Part shown: one piece after another, positions 10,070 to 18,708 of the stretch
Layout of the letters: every line of letters starts with the position of its first letter
Numbering within the stretch: the first letter of the stretch is position 1
Assembly (NCBI GenBank): GCA_045537575.1
Contig: JAZSPU010000006.1
Span: 10,814-74,813, forward strand
DNA length: 64,000 nucleotides
From: Acutalibacteraceae bacterium
GTDB lineage: Bacteria; Bacillota; Clostridia; Oscillospirales; Acutalibacteraceae
Direction of reading: 5' to 3'
Translations under genes and position numbers: made by a program
Notes under the pieces: generated by a model
What the model was told of the DNA's origin: nothing
The model's input: only the letters and a program-made list of their open reading frames with translations
Databases searched by the model: none

Positions 10070-11788
10070 ATGAAATACGAGATTGTTGATAAAAAAGAGC
10101 TTGATATAACGCTTAGCGAAACCCAAAAAAACGGGGTTTTATACGTCAAGGTAAATTGGCACAGCGATACCCCTGTTACCCCCGAAGAATTCGGTGTGCG
10201 TTTTAAAATCTCTACCGTTGACACCTATTCTGTTTTTTCGCCTTCTATCAGAGATCTTCGAAGCCTTGACCGAAACTATTTCCCCCGCATTACCAATGCC
10301 CGTCTTGCTTCCTGGATGCCCCTTCATCAGCTTATTTCTCTTTCGGGAGAAAATCGTTTTTGCATAAGTCTGAGTGATGCAAAAATCCCTACAAGAATAA
10401 CAAGCGGTGTCAGAGAAAATGAAGCTGACAGCGAAATTACCGCTTGTTTCTTCACTAATCTCACTACCGCCATTACCGATTTTTCTGCCGTTATCCGTGT
10501 TGATACACGTTCTATTCCCTATTACGACAGCGTTTACGATGCAATAAATTGGTGGGAAACCGACTGCGGTTACACCCCCGCCTTTGTGCCGGACCTTGCC
10601 AAAACTCCCCTTAATTCCCTTTGGTACAGCTATCATCAGAACCTAGAGGTTGAAAGCATTGTAAGAGAATGTAAGCTCACAAAGGATATGGGAATGGACG
10701 TTGTTATCGTTGACGACGGTTGGCAGACCGAAAACAGCAGCGGCGGATATGCCTATTGCGGTGACTGGGAACCTGCCCCCTCTAAAGTCGGCGATATGAA
10801 AACCTTTATACAGCGTATTCACGATACAGGGATGAAGGTTATGATATGGTATTCTGTTCCCTATATTGGAATATACGCTAAAAACTATGACCGATTTAAA
10901 GATATGCTATTAGACGGCACAGGGGATGAAAAGACCTATTTCTCATTAGACCCACGCTATAAAGAGGTTCGCGATTATCTTGTTAACATATATGTTAAAG
11001 CCGTTAAAGAGTGGAATTTGGACGGATTAAAGCTTGACTTTATTGACCGCTTTAAACTTGAGGGTAAATCCTTAGAGCCCGACAGCCGCCGCGATACCGA
11101 GTCATTGGAAGATGCAATTGATGTACTTATGATGGCGGTACACGACAGCCTTTATGAAATAAACCCCGACATTCTTCTTGAATTCCGTCAGACCTACGTT
11201 GGCCCCTGTATCAGAAAATACGGCAATATGCTCAGGGTTACCGACTGTCCTAACGATTCTATAAAAAACCGTACAGACTCAATAAATTTAAGACTGACTT
11301 CAGGCAAAACTGCAGTACATTCCGATATGCTTTTATGGCATCTTGATGACAAGGTTGAAAATGCGGCACTACAGTTTGTAAGCAGCGTATTTGCCGTTCC
11401 GCAGATTTCAATGCTTATTGAAGAACTGCCCGAAGACCATATAAAGATGCTTAAATACTACATTTCCTTCTGGAGAGAGTGGAAAGATGTTTTAATTGAC
11501 GGCAAACTTACTGCAGAGCATCCCGAAAGCAACTATACACTTGCTACCTCTACCCTAAATGAAAGAGCTGTTACGGTGGTTTATACCGACACCGTTGCAA
11601 AGGTAACTACCAATACTGCAGTAATTTTAAACGCTTCAGGCAAAGACTATATTACCATAAAGGGTGCAAAGGACAAAAAATACACCGTTAAGGACTGTAT
11701 GGGCAACACTTTAAAAAGCGGTATTTTAAGCGCTGACCTTTGCGAAATAGCTATGCCCCTGAGCGCTCAGATTTTTATAAATGATTAA
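10070..11788 (+). CDS. clan GH-D (GH36/GH27-like) alpha-galactosidase-type glycoside hydrolase, cytoplasmic
   Basis: VVIVDDGWQ motif and LKLDFID strand typical of melibiase-type enzymes. No signal peptide. ATG 10070 sits behind AGGAG. Confidence 0.55.
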   Translation: MKYEIVDKKELDITLSETQKNGVLYVKVNWHSDTPVTPEEFGVRFKISTVDTYSVFSPSIRDLRSLDRNYFPRITNARLASWMPLHQLISLSGENRFCISLSDAKIPTRITSGVRENEADSEITACFFTNLTTAITDFSAVIRVDTRSIPYYDSVYDAINWWETDCGYTPAFVPDLAKTPLNSLWYSYHQNLEVESIVRECKLTKDMGMDVVIVDDGWQTENSSGGYAYCGDWEPAPSKVGDMKTFIQRIHDTGMKVMIWYSVPYIGIYAKNYDRFKDMLLDGTGDEKTYFSLDPRYKEVRDYLVNIYVKAVKEWNLDGLKLDFIDRFKLEGKSLEPDSRRDTESLEDAIDVLMMAVHDSLYEINPDILLEFRQTYVGPCIRKYGNMLRVTDCPNDSIKNRTDSINLRLTSGKTAVHSDMLLWHLDDKVENAALQFVSSVFAVPQISMLIEELPEDHIKMLKYYISFWREWKDVLIDGKLTAEHPESNYTLATSTLNERAVTVVYTDTVAKVTTNTAVILNASGKDYITIKGAKDKKYTVKDCMGNTLKSGILSADLCEIAMPLSAQIFIND

Positions 11789-12935
11789 AAAATTTTCCCT
11801 TTTAATTTTATCGTTGCTGACAGTCTTTACCTGTTTGGGTTGCCAAAAGCAAGTGCCGAAAAATGAGAATTACGATCCTATTTCCTTTGAAGTCGAACAG
11901 CAGCTTTTGGAAATGACGGTTGATGAAAAAATCGCCCAGATGATAATTCCTGAAATCAAAAATGACGGGATTGTTCCTTCCCCTGCCCCTGCAGGCATAA
12001 TTTTATTTGCCGAAAATTTCACTACCCCCGAGGAAACAAAGGCTTTAATAGAGTCTTTACGCTCTCAAAGCGAAATTCCCCTTATTATCTCCACCGACCA
12101 AGAGGGCGGAAGGGTTCAAAGGCTCTCCGCTCTGAAAAAGCCAAGCGCCACCCATATTCCTTGTATGTATGAGCTGGGCAAAACAAAAGATACTGCCCTT
12201 GCAAAAGACGTTGGCACCGTTATGGCAAAGGAAATGGCGGCTTTAGGTATTAATGTTACCTTCGCGCCCGTATTAGACGTATATTCAAACCCCGATAATA
12301 CCGTTATAGGAAACCGAAGCTTTAGCAAGGATGCTCACGTGGTTTCATCTATGGCATTAAGCTTAGCCCAAGGGCTTAAGGAAAACGGCGTAATGCCCGT
12401 ATATAAGCATTTCCCAGGTCACGGGGACACCGAAACAGACTCCCACTATGCTCTGCCCATAATAAACAAAACAAAGGAGGAGCTTTATAAAACCGAGCTT
12501 ATTCCCTTTGAAAACGCTATCGAAAATGGCGCTGAAATGATTATGGTAGGACATATAGCTCTGCCCGCCTTAACTGGAGACAATACCCCAGCTACCCTTT
12601 CAAAAGAAATTGTTACCGATTTACTTAAAACAGAGCTGAAATTTGACGGCATTGTTATAACCGATTCCTTTAAAATGAAGGCACTAACCGACAATTACAG
12701 CCAAGAAGAAATGTATAAAAAGGCGGTTGAAGCAGGCGTAGATATAATTCTTATGCCGCAAAACTACGACCTTGCTTTAAAGGTTATTAAAGAAAATTTC
12801 AGCGAAGAAAGAATTAACGAGAGTGTGAGAAAAATTCTTTACTATAAGCAAAAGAACCTTACCGACCTTATAGAATATGATATTTCTGTAATCGGTTCTT
12901 CTTCGCATAATGAAATTATAAAAAGAATATCTTAA
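11781..12935 (+). CDS. GH3 beta-N-acetylhexosaminidase (NagZ-like), probable lipoprotein
   Basis: DQEGGRVQRL and KHFPGHGDTETDSH motifs. N-terminal signal ending ..FTCLGC. Overlaps the previous gene by 8 nt. Confidence 0.8.
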   Translation: MIKKFSLLILSLLTVFTCLGCQKQVPKNENYDPISFEVEQQLLEMTVDEKIAQMIIPEIKNDGIVPSPAPAGIILFAENFTTPEETKALIESLRSQSEIPLIISTDQEGGRVQRLSALKKPSATHIPCMYELGKTKDTALAKDVGTVMAKEMAALGINVTFAPVLDVYSNPDNTVIGNRSFSKDAHVVSSMALSLAQGLKENGVMPVYKHFPGHGDTETDSHYALPIINKTKEELYKTELIPFENAIENGAEMIMVGHIALPALTGDNTPATLSKEIVTDLLKTELKFDGIVITDSFKMKALTDNYSQEEMYKKAVEAGVDIILMPQNYDLALKVIKENFSEERINESVRKILYYKQKNLTDLIEYDISVIGSSSHNEIIKRIS

Positions 12936-12936
12936 C

Positions 12937-12971
12937 AAAAAACACGGATGGCTTGTACTATTCGTGTTTTT
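12937..12971 (+). terminator. weak intrinsic terminator candidate
   Basis: Short stem AACACG/CGTGTT with a long loop, followed by TTTTT. Confidence 0.35.
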
Positions 12972-13003
12972 ATGTTATACTGTAAAAATAAAGGAGGGTA
13001 AAA

Positions 13004-14365
13004 ATGAAAGCAAAAGCAACATTCTCAATTTCTACATCTCACATAATAATGCTAAGCTTCCTTGCCGCCATATTAATTGGCAGCATATTACTTTCCCTGC
13101 CTATAAGTTGGGCTGACGGAGTAAAAATATCCTACTTAGACGCGCTGTTTACCTCCACCACAGCCACTTGTGTTACAGGGCTTGTAACTGTTCCCACCTT
13201 CTCCAGCTGGAGTATTTTCGGACAAGCTGTAATACTTGTTCTTATTCAGATAGGCGGACTTGGAATAATTACGGTAATGTCAGGATTAATGATTGCCTTT
13301 CACAAAAAATTGAATTTAGGCGACAGATTGCTCATTCAAGACGCCTTTAACCTTAATAATTTGTCCGGACTTATACGCTTTGTGAAAAAAGTACTCACAG
13401 GCACATTTATTATTGAGGGCATAGGCGCACTCCTTTATATGACAGTCTTTATTAAAGATTTTGGTTTAAAGGGCATATGGATTTCGGTTTTTAACGCTGT
13501 TTCTGCTTTTTGTAATGCAGGAATTGATATAATTGGTCCAAACAGTCTTAACGACTATGCAAAAAATCCCACAATAAACCTTGTGACCATACTTCTTATC
13601 GTACTTGGCGGCATAGGTTACATCGTATGGTGGGATGTTCTTAGAGTAACCAAAAATATAAAAAAGGGCGGATTATCGGTTTTCCGCCGTTTAACACTTC
13701 ACAGTAAGTTAGCAATTATAGCAACCCTCCTTCTTATTTTTAGCGGAGCTGTGCTGATTTTTGCTTTTGAATATAACAATCCTCTTACCTTTAAGGATTA
13801 TACATTATTCCAAAAAATTCAGTCTTCCTTTTTTCAGTCTGTAACTACGCGTACTGCAGGCTTTACCACTCTGCCTCAGGAAAATTTCACCAATACATCT
13901 GCTTTTTTAAGTATATTCCTTATGTTTATAGGCGGTTCTCCCGTAGGTACGGCAGGCGGTGTAAAAACCGTCACCCTTTTCATTCTTTTTGCAGCCGCTT
14001 TTGCTACAATTTCAGGACGTGATGAAACCTCAATTATGGGAAGAAACATTACGAAAGTATCAATAGCCAAAGCACTTGCTGTTGTTTCTATGTCCTTTTT
14101 AACGGTTTTTGTTTCAACTATTCTTTTGTCGCTATTCAGTAAAGCCTCTGCCCTAGACATTCTTTATGAAACGGTAAGCGCAACGGCAACTGTAGGACTT
14201 ACAAGGAATTTTACGGTGAGTCTTAACAGTATTGGCAAACTGATTATAATTGCCACTATGTATTTAGGCAGAATAGGACCTATTTCTCTGGCAATTGCTT
14301 TTAATCTCAAAAAAGAAAATAAAAATATTATTAAAAATCCCTTTGAGGATATAAGTGTAGGGTGA
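13004..14365 (+). CDS. KtrB/TrkH-family K+ transporter membrane subunit
   Basis: 453-aa polytopic protein. Filter-like motifs TATCVTGL, NAGID, TRTAGF and ATATVGL. AAGGAGGG RBS. Confidence 0.85.
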   Translation: MKAKATFSISTSHIIMLSFLAAILIGSILLSLPISWADGVKISYLDALFTSTTATCVTGLVTVPTFSSWSIFGQAVILVLIQIGGLGIITVMSGLMIAFHKKLNLGDRLLIQDAFNLNNLSGLIRFVKKVLTGTFIIEGIGALLYMTVFIKDFGLKGIWISVFNAVSAFCNAGIDIIGPNSLNDYAKNPTINLVTILLIVLGGIGYIVWWDVLRVTKNIKKGGLSVFRRLTLHSKLAIIATLLLIFSGAVLIFAFEYNNPLTFKDYTLFQKIQSSFFQSVTTRTAGFTTLPQENFTNTSAFLSIFLMFIGGSPVGTAGGVKTVTLFILFAAAFATISGRDETSIMGRNITKVSIAKALAVVSMSFLTVFVSTILLSLFSKASALDILYETVSATATVGLTRNFTVSLNSIGKLIIIATMYLGRIGPISLAIAFNLKKENKNIIKNPFEDISVG

Positions 14366-14370
14366 AAATT

Positions 14371-15021
14371 ATGAGTATTAATAAAAATTATGCAGTATTC
14401 GGTCTTGGACGATACGGCTTTGCCGTAGCTAAAGAACTTGTTGACAGCGGCGCTCAGGTTCTTGCAGTTGACACTAATCCCGATATTGTTAACGCTGCCA
14501 GTCTTTTTATTCCCGTTTGCAAATGCGCCGACGTTACCGACGAAGATGTAATTGAGCATCTCGGCATAAGAAATATGGATACAGTTATTATTGCTATGGC
14601 AAAAAATTTCGAATCGTGTGTTATGGCAACCGCTCTTTGCAAGGAAGTGGGAGTAAAAACTGTAATTGTAAAATGCGCCGACGAAATGCATCAGAAAATT
14701 TTAAGTAAAGTAGGCGCTGACATAACCGTATTTCCCGAAAAGGAATCAGGAATCCGCCTTGCAAAAAACATTTTAAGCTCAGGATTTGTGGATATGATAG
14801 AGCTTTCAGACGAGGTTTCTATGGTAGAGGTTGATATAAGACGTGACTGGATAGGAAAAAGTCTTGTTGAGCTAAATCTAAGAAAAAAATACGGCATAAA
14901 TGTAGTCGCAATAAAGGAAAACAATAATATCTCTACCGATATTAATCCCACCTCTGCTTTAAATGAAAATATGAAGCTTATAGTTATTGCCGATACAGAC
15001 AGACTTTTAAAGCTTAAATAA
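14371..15021 (+). CDS. KtrA/TrkA-family K+ uptake regulatory subunit (single RCK)
   Basis: Rossmann motif AVFGLGRYG plus an RCK_C region. The ORF-track GTG start (14362) overlaps the ktrB-like stop; the preferred ATG 14371 lies 5 nt after it. Confidence 0.85.
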   Translation: MSINKNYAVFGLGRYGFAVAKELVDSGAQVLAVDTNPDIVNAASLFIPVCKCADVTDEDVIEHLGIRNMDTVIIAMAKNFESCVMATALCKEVGVKTVIVKCADEMHQKILSKVGADITVFPEKESGIRLAKNILSSGFVDMIELSDEVSMVEVDIRRDWIGKSLVELNLRKKYGINVVAIKENNNISTDINPTSALNENMKLIVIADTDRLLKLK

Positions 15022-15037
15022 GAAAATTTTGAAACAA

Positions 15038-15080
15038 CAAAAGACGCGCACTTTTTCGAGTGCGCGTCTTTAAGTTTTTG
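15038..15080. terminator. bidirectional intrinsic terminator
   Basis: 12-bp stem AAGACGCGCACT/AGTGCGCGTCTT, flanked by an A-run and a T-run, between convergent genes. Confidence 0.85.
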
Positions 15081-15086
15081 ATTTAA

Positions 15087-16631
15087 TTATTCTTCTTCAG
15101 CAAGCGAGGCAACTACAGCTGCCTGAATATTTTCATCATAGGAAAGAACAGGAGCAACGTCCTTTTTCTTGATTTTTCTGTCAATAAAGTTCTTTGTAAT
15201 CTTCATAACAAGCGGGAAGAGAACAACTACACCTATAAGGTTAGGTATCATCATAAGACCGTTGAAGGTATCAGAGATATCCCAAGCAAGAGAAGAGGAA
15301 AGAACAGCACCAAAGATAACTGTGCATACGTGGATAATTCTGAAAACAACGGTTGTTTTTGAACCGAAAAGATATTCCCAAGCCTTAGAACCATAGTGGG
15401 ACCAGCCAAGTACGGTAGTAAATGCAAAGAGGAACATTGCAATTGCAATAAATCTCTGTCCGATATTACCCCAAGAGAATACTTGATTAAATGCGCCGCC
15501 TACTAAGGTTGCATCGGTAAAGCCTGCAGCAATTTCACCTGTTTGTGCATTAAATACACCGCCGTTAAGACCGCCTGAGGTAAGTACAACAAGAGCAGTC
15601 ATAGTACATACAACCATAGTATCAGCAAATACCTCGAAGATACCCCACATACCCTGCTTAACAGGTTCTTTTATATTAGAGTTGGAGTGCACCATAACAG
15701 AAGAACCGAGACCTGCTTCGTTGGAGAATACACCGCGCTTAAAGCCGTTGGTCATAGCAACTATTACACCGCCGATACCGCCGCCCACAAAAGCTTCGGG
15801 AGCAAATGCGTTCGAGAAAATAGCCTTGAATGCAGGAATAATAGCATTGTAGTTTATACCGATAATAATAAGAGAACCTGCTACAAAAAGAACCACCATA
15901 AAGGGAACGATTTTTTCAGCAACACCTGCAATACGCTTAAGACCGCCTAAAGTAATAAGAGCGGTAAGCGCCATAATAACAACACCTAAAACAAGGTTAT
16001 AAAGGGAAATGTTGCCGAATACAGTAATAGAAGAAAGGGACTCAACGTTAAATGCTGCTGCTACGTTAGCAACAATCTTATTAACCTGTCCCATACTACC
16101 GATACCGAAAGAAGCGAGCATGGTAAAGATACAGAAAAGAACAGCGAGAACGGAACCTATCCATTTACAACCCTTTTTCTTGCCAAGACCGTCTTTAAGA
16201 TAGTACATAGCACCGCCGGACCATTCATCCTTAGCATTCTTTCTGCGGAAATACATACCGAGCACGTTTTCGGAATAGTTGGTCATCATACCAAGGAATG
16301 CTGCAACCCACATCCAGAATACAGCGCCTGCGCCACCGATACAAATAGCAGCGGCAACACCTGCGATATTACCTGTACCTACAGTTGCGGCAAGGGCGGT
16401 ACAAAGAGCCTGAAAGGGAGAAATAGAACCCTTTTCCTTGCTGTGCTTAATTACGTCCTTGTGGAACATACTTCCTATGGTGTTTTTCCACCAAAGACGA
16501 AGGTGAGAAATCTGGAACACTTTGGTTACCAAGGTCATGAGAATACCGGTACCGATAAGAAGAATAAGTCCCGGAAGTCCCCAAACGACGCCGTTTATTT
16601 CGCCGTTTATTTCTGCGATTTTGTCTAACAT
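15087..16631 (-). CDS. alanine/glycine:cation symporter (AGCS family)
   Basis: 514-aa polytopic protein. The N-terminal region ..SPFQALCTALAATVGTGNIAGVA.. is the AGCS signature. AGGAGG RBS. Confidence 0.9.
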   Translation of the reverse strand: MLDKIAEINGEINGVVWGLPGLILLIGTGILMTLVTKVFQISHLRLWWKNTIGSMFHKDVIKHSKEKGSISPFQALCTALAATVGTGNIAGVAAAICIGGAGAVFWMWVAAFLGMMTNYSENVLGMYFRRKNAKDEWSGGAMYYLKDGLGKKKGCKWIGSVLAVLFCIFTMLASFGIGSMGQVNKIVANVAAAFNVESLSSITVFGNISLYNLVLGVVIMALTALITLGGLKRIAGVAEKIVPFMVVLFVAGSLIIIGINYNAIIPAFKAIFSNAFAPEAFVGGGIGGVIVAMTNGFKRGVFSNEAGLGSSVMVHSNSNIKEPVKQGMWGIFEVFADTMVVCTMTALVVLTSGGLNGGVFNAQTGEIAAGFTDATLVGGAFNQVFSWGNIGQRFIAIAMFLFAFTTVLGWSHYGSKAWEYLFGSKTTVVFRIIHVCTVIFGAVLSSSLAWDISDTFNGLMMIPNLIGVVVLFPLVMKITKNFIDRKIKKKDVAPVLSYDENIQAAVVASLAEEE

Positions 16632-16719
16632 TTAAAATTCCTCCTTAAAATTAAAAACTGCCCTTAGTAATAAAGACAGTCTCCGGAGCAAAATCTATCC
16701 CTTTAGGAAAGATTTTAAA

Positions 16720-16875
16720 TTGCTCTGTCCTTTTGCCTGAGAGATTTGCGCCTTCGCGCTTTCACCTTCGGCATCCAATTTAATGGACTTCTCCAGAGTG
16801 CCATCCGCTTACAGTCTTTTCGGTTTCCCGAGCCTGAGAGTGTTACTCCTTCGGCAGCAGAGCTTTTCCTGCAAG
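16720..16875 (-). promoter_or_regulatory. tandem glycine riboswitch (two aptamers) in the leader of the AGCS symporter gene
   Basis: Minus strand reads ..GCUGCCGAAGGAGUAACACUCUCAGGCUCGGGAAAC.. and then ..CUCUGGAGAAG..GAUGCCGAAGGUGAA..GCAAAUCUCUCAGGCAAAAGGACAGAG. Each aptamer carries the conserved CCGAAGG and CUCUCAGGC elements. Confidence 0.85.
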
Positions 16876-16904
16876 TTTCTTCTGACATTAAATTTTACCT
16901 ACAC

Positions 16905-16933
16905 ATTATATTATAATAAGTCAAATTTTGCAA
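16905..16933 (-). promoter_or_regulatory. sigma-A-type promoter driving the glycine-riboswitch leader
   Basis: Minus strand: TTGCAA (16933-16928), 17-nt spacer, TATAAT (16910-16905). Confidence 0.6.
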
Positions 16934-16983
16934 CTAAAAATTTACAAAAAATTTATCTTTGTTAATTTTAGTAGAAAAAACAG

Positions 16984-17012
16984 TTGAAAAAACTATAGTT
17001 TTGTGGGATAAT
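16984..17012 (+). promoter_or_regulatory. sigma-A-type promoter for asnA
   Basis: TTGAAA (16984-16989), 17-nt spacer ending in TGTGG, GATAAT (17007-17012). Confidence 0.55.
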
Positions 17013-17043
17013 AATACATATTTTAAAGAATGAGGTAATCTTT

Positions 17044-18051
17044 GTGCACAGTTTGATTATTCCTAAAGATTATAAATCCATTTTAACTCTTCGTCAAACC
17101 GAAGTAGCTATTAAAAAGGTAAAGGACTTTTTTGAGCGTGACCTTGCTATTGAGCTTGGTCTTATTCGTGTTTCCGCTCCCCTTTTTGTTGATAAGGACA
17201 GCGGTATGAACGATACCCTTAACGGCACCGAAAGGGCTGTTTCCTTTGATATAAAGGATACAGGACACACAATGGAAATTGTTCATTCCCTTGCAAAGTG
17301 GAAGCGTGATGCTCTTTCCCGTTACGGTTTTGGGCGCGGAGAAGGTCTTTATACCGATATGAACGCCATAAGACGTGACGAGGACCTTGACAATATCCAT
17401 TCGGTTTTCGTTGACCAATGGGACTGGGAAAAGGTTATTGATAAAAGTGACCGCAATATAGATGTGCTTAAGGAAAACGTTCGCGCAGTTTATGCAGCCC
17501 TTAAGCATACCGAAACCTATATTGCAGAGGAATATGATTTTATAAACCGCTTTTTACCTGACGAAATCTTCTTTATAACCACTCAGGAGCTTTACGATAA
17601 ATACCCCACCCTTACCGCTAAAGAGCGCGAAAAGGCTATTGCTAAGGAATACGGCGCAGTATTTATTATGCAAATAGGCGGAAAGCTTTCAAACGGCGAG
17701 CTTCACGACGGCAGAGCCCCCGACTATGACGACTGGACCTTAAATGGCGACATTATCGTTTATTATCCCGTTTTGGACATAGCGCTTGAACTTTCCTCTA
17801 TGGGAATAAGAGTTGACGAAGAAGCGCTTTTAAAGCAGCTTCAAATACGCGGCGCAACCGAGAGAAAAGAGCTTCCCTTCCACAAAGCGCTGTTAGAAGG
17901 AAAGCTTCCCTACACTATCGGCGGCGGAATAGGTCAGTCAAGAATGTGTATGTTCTTCCTTAAAAAAGCCCATATCGGCGAAGTGCAGTCTTCCTTCTGG
18001 AGTGAAGATATGATTAAAGAGTGTTATGACCACGGAATAGAACTTTTGTAG
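17044..18051 (+). CDS. asnA: aspartate--ammonia ligase (asparagine synthetase A)
   Basis: 335 aa. The N-terminus ..LRQTEVAIKKVKDFFERDLAIELGLIRVSAPLFV.. and the C-terminus ..GGGIGQSRMCMFFL.. match AsnA (class II aaRS-like). GTG start. Confidence 0.9.
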   Translation: MHSLIIPKDYKSILTLRQTEVAIKKVKDFFERDLAIELGLIRVSAPLFVDKDSGMNDTLNGTERAVSFDIKDTGHTMEIVHSLAKWKRDALSRYGFGRGEGLYTDMNAIRRDEDLDNIHSVFVDQWDWEKVIDKSDRNIDVLKENVRAVYAALKHTETYIAEEYDFINRFLPDEIFFITTQELYDKYPTLTAKEREKAIAKEYGAVFIMQIGGKLSNGELHDGRAPDYDDWTLNGDIIVYYPVLDIALELSSMGIRVDEEALLKQLQIRGATERKELPFHKALLEGKLPYTIGGGIGQSRMCMFFLKKAHIGEVQSSFWSEDMIKECYDHGIELL

Positions 18052-18063
18052 TGGTGAAGGATT

Positions 18064-18618
18064 ATGAAAGAAATAAAAGACGTAAAAGATTTTAACAGCA
18101 GAATTAAAAGAGTGCTTATAACCGAGGAAGAAATAAGTGCGGCTATCAAAAAGGCAGGAAAGGTTATTGATTCCTACTATGACGGCAGACCTATTCTTTT
18201 AGTCAGCGTACTTAAAGGCGCCTTTGTATTTATGGCAGACCTTTGCCGCGCTGTAAGCGTACCCTGTGAAATCGGTTTTATGTGCGCTAAAAGTTATTAT
18301 GCAGGTACCACCTCTTCGGGCGTTGTGCAAATAACAATGGACCTTGAGCAAGACGTTAGCAACTATCACGTTATTATTGTTGAAGATATTATTGATACAG
18401 GCAGAACCCTTAAGGATATCTATAAGCTTTTAAGCGCAAGAAATCCCCTTTCCCTTCACGTTATCACCCTTCTCGATAAACCCGAAAGACGAGTAGTTGA
18501 TTTTACTGCCGACCTTTCACTGTTTACCATTGAAGACCATTTTGTTATAGGCTACGGTCTCGACTGCGGTGAATATTACAGAAATTTACCATACATAGCA
18601 GAGTATAGCGAAGAATAA
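18064..18618 (+). CDS. hpt: hypoxanthine phosphoribosyltransferase
   Basis: PRPP-binding motif VIIVEDIIDTGRTL. Size and overall pattern fit Hpt. Confidence 0.93.
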   Translation: MKEIKDVKDFNSRIKRVLITEEEISAAIKKAGKVIDSYYDGRPILLVSVLKGAFVFMADLCRAVSVPCEIGFMCAKSYYAGTTSSGVVQITMDLEQDVSNYHVIIVEDIIDTGRTLKDIYKLLSARNPLSLHVITLLDKPERRVVDFTADLSLFTIEDHFVIGYGLDCGEYYRNLPYIAEYSEE

Positions 18619-18633
18619 GAGAATAGATATTCA

Positions 18634-18666
18634 CCCCCTATTCCCTATCCCCTACTCCCTATTCCC
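18634..18666 (-). repeat. G-tract repeat (five G3-5 runs on the minus strand; C-rich on plus), TAGGG-type
   Basis: Plus-strand C runs at 18634-38, 18643-45, 18649-52, 18657-59 and 18664-66, separated by 3-4 nt (CCCCCTATTCCCTATCCCCTACTCCCTATTCCC). Confidence 0.9.
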
Positions 18667-18675
18667 TGAAATAAA

Positions 18676-18708
18676 ACAAAACCGAGTCTTTCGACTCGGT
18701 TTTTTGTT
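18676..18708. terminator. bidirectional intrinsic terminator
   Basis: Stem ACCGAGTC/GACTCGGT with a TTTC loop, A-run before and TTTTTTGTTTT after. Confidence 0.85.
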
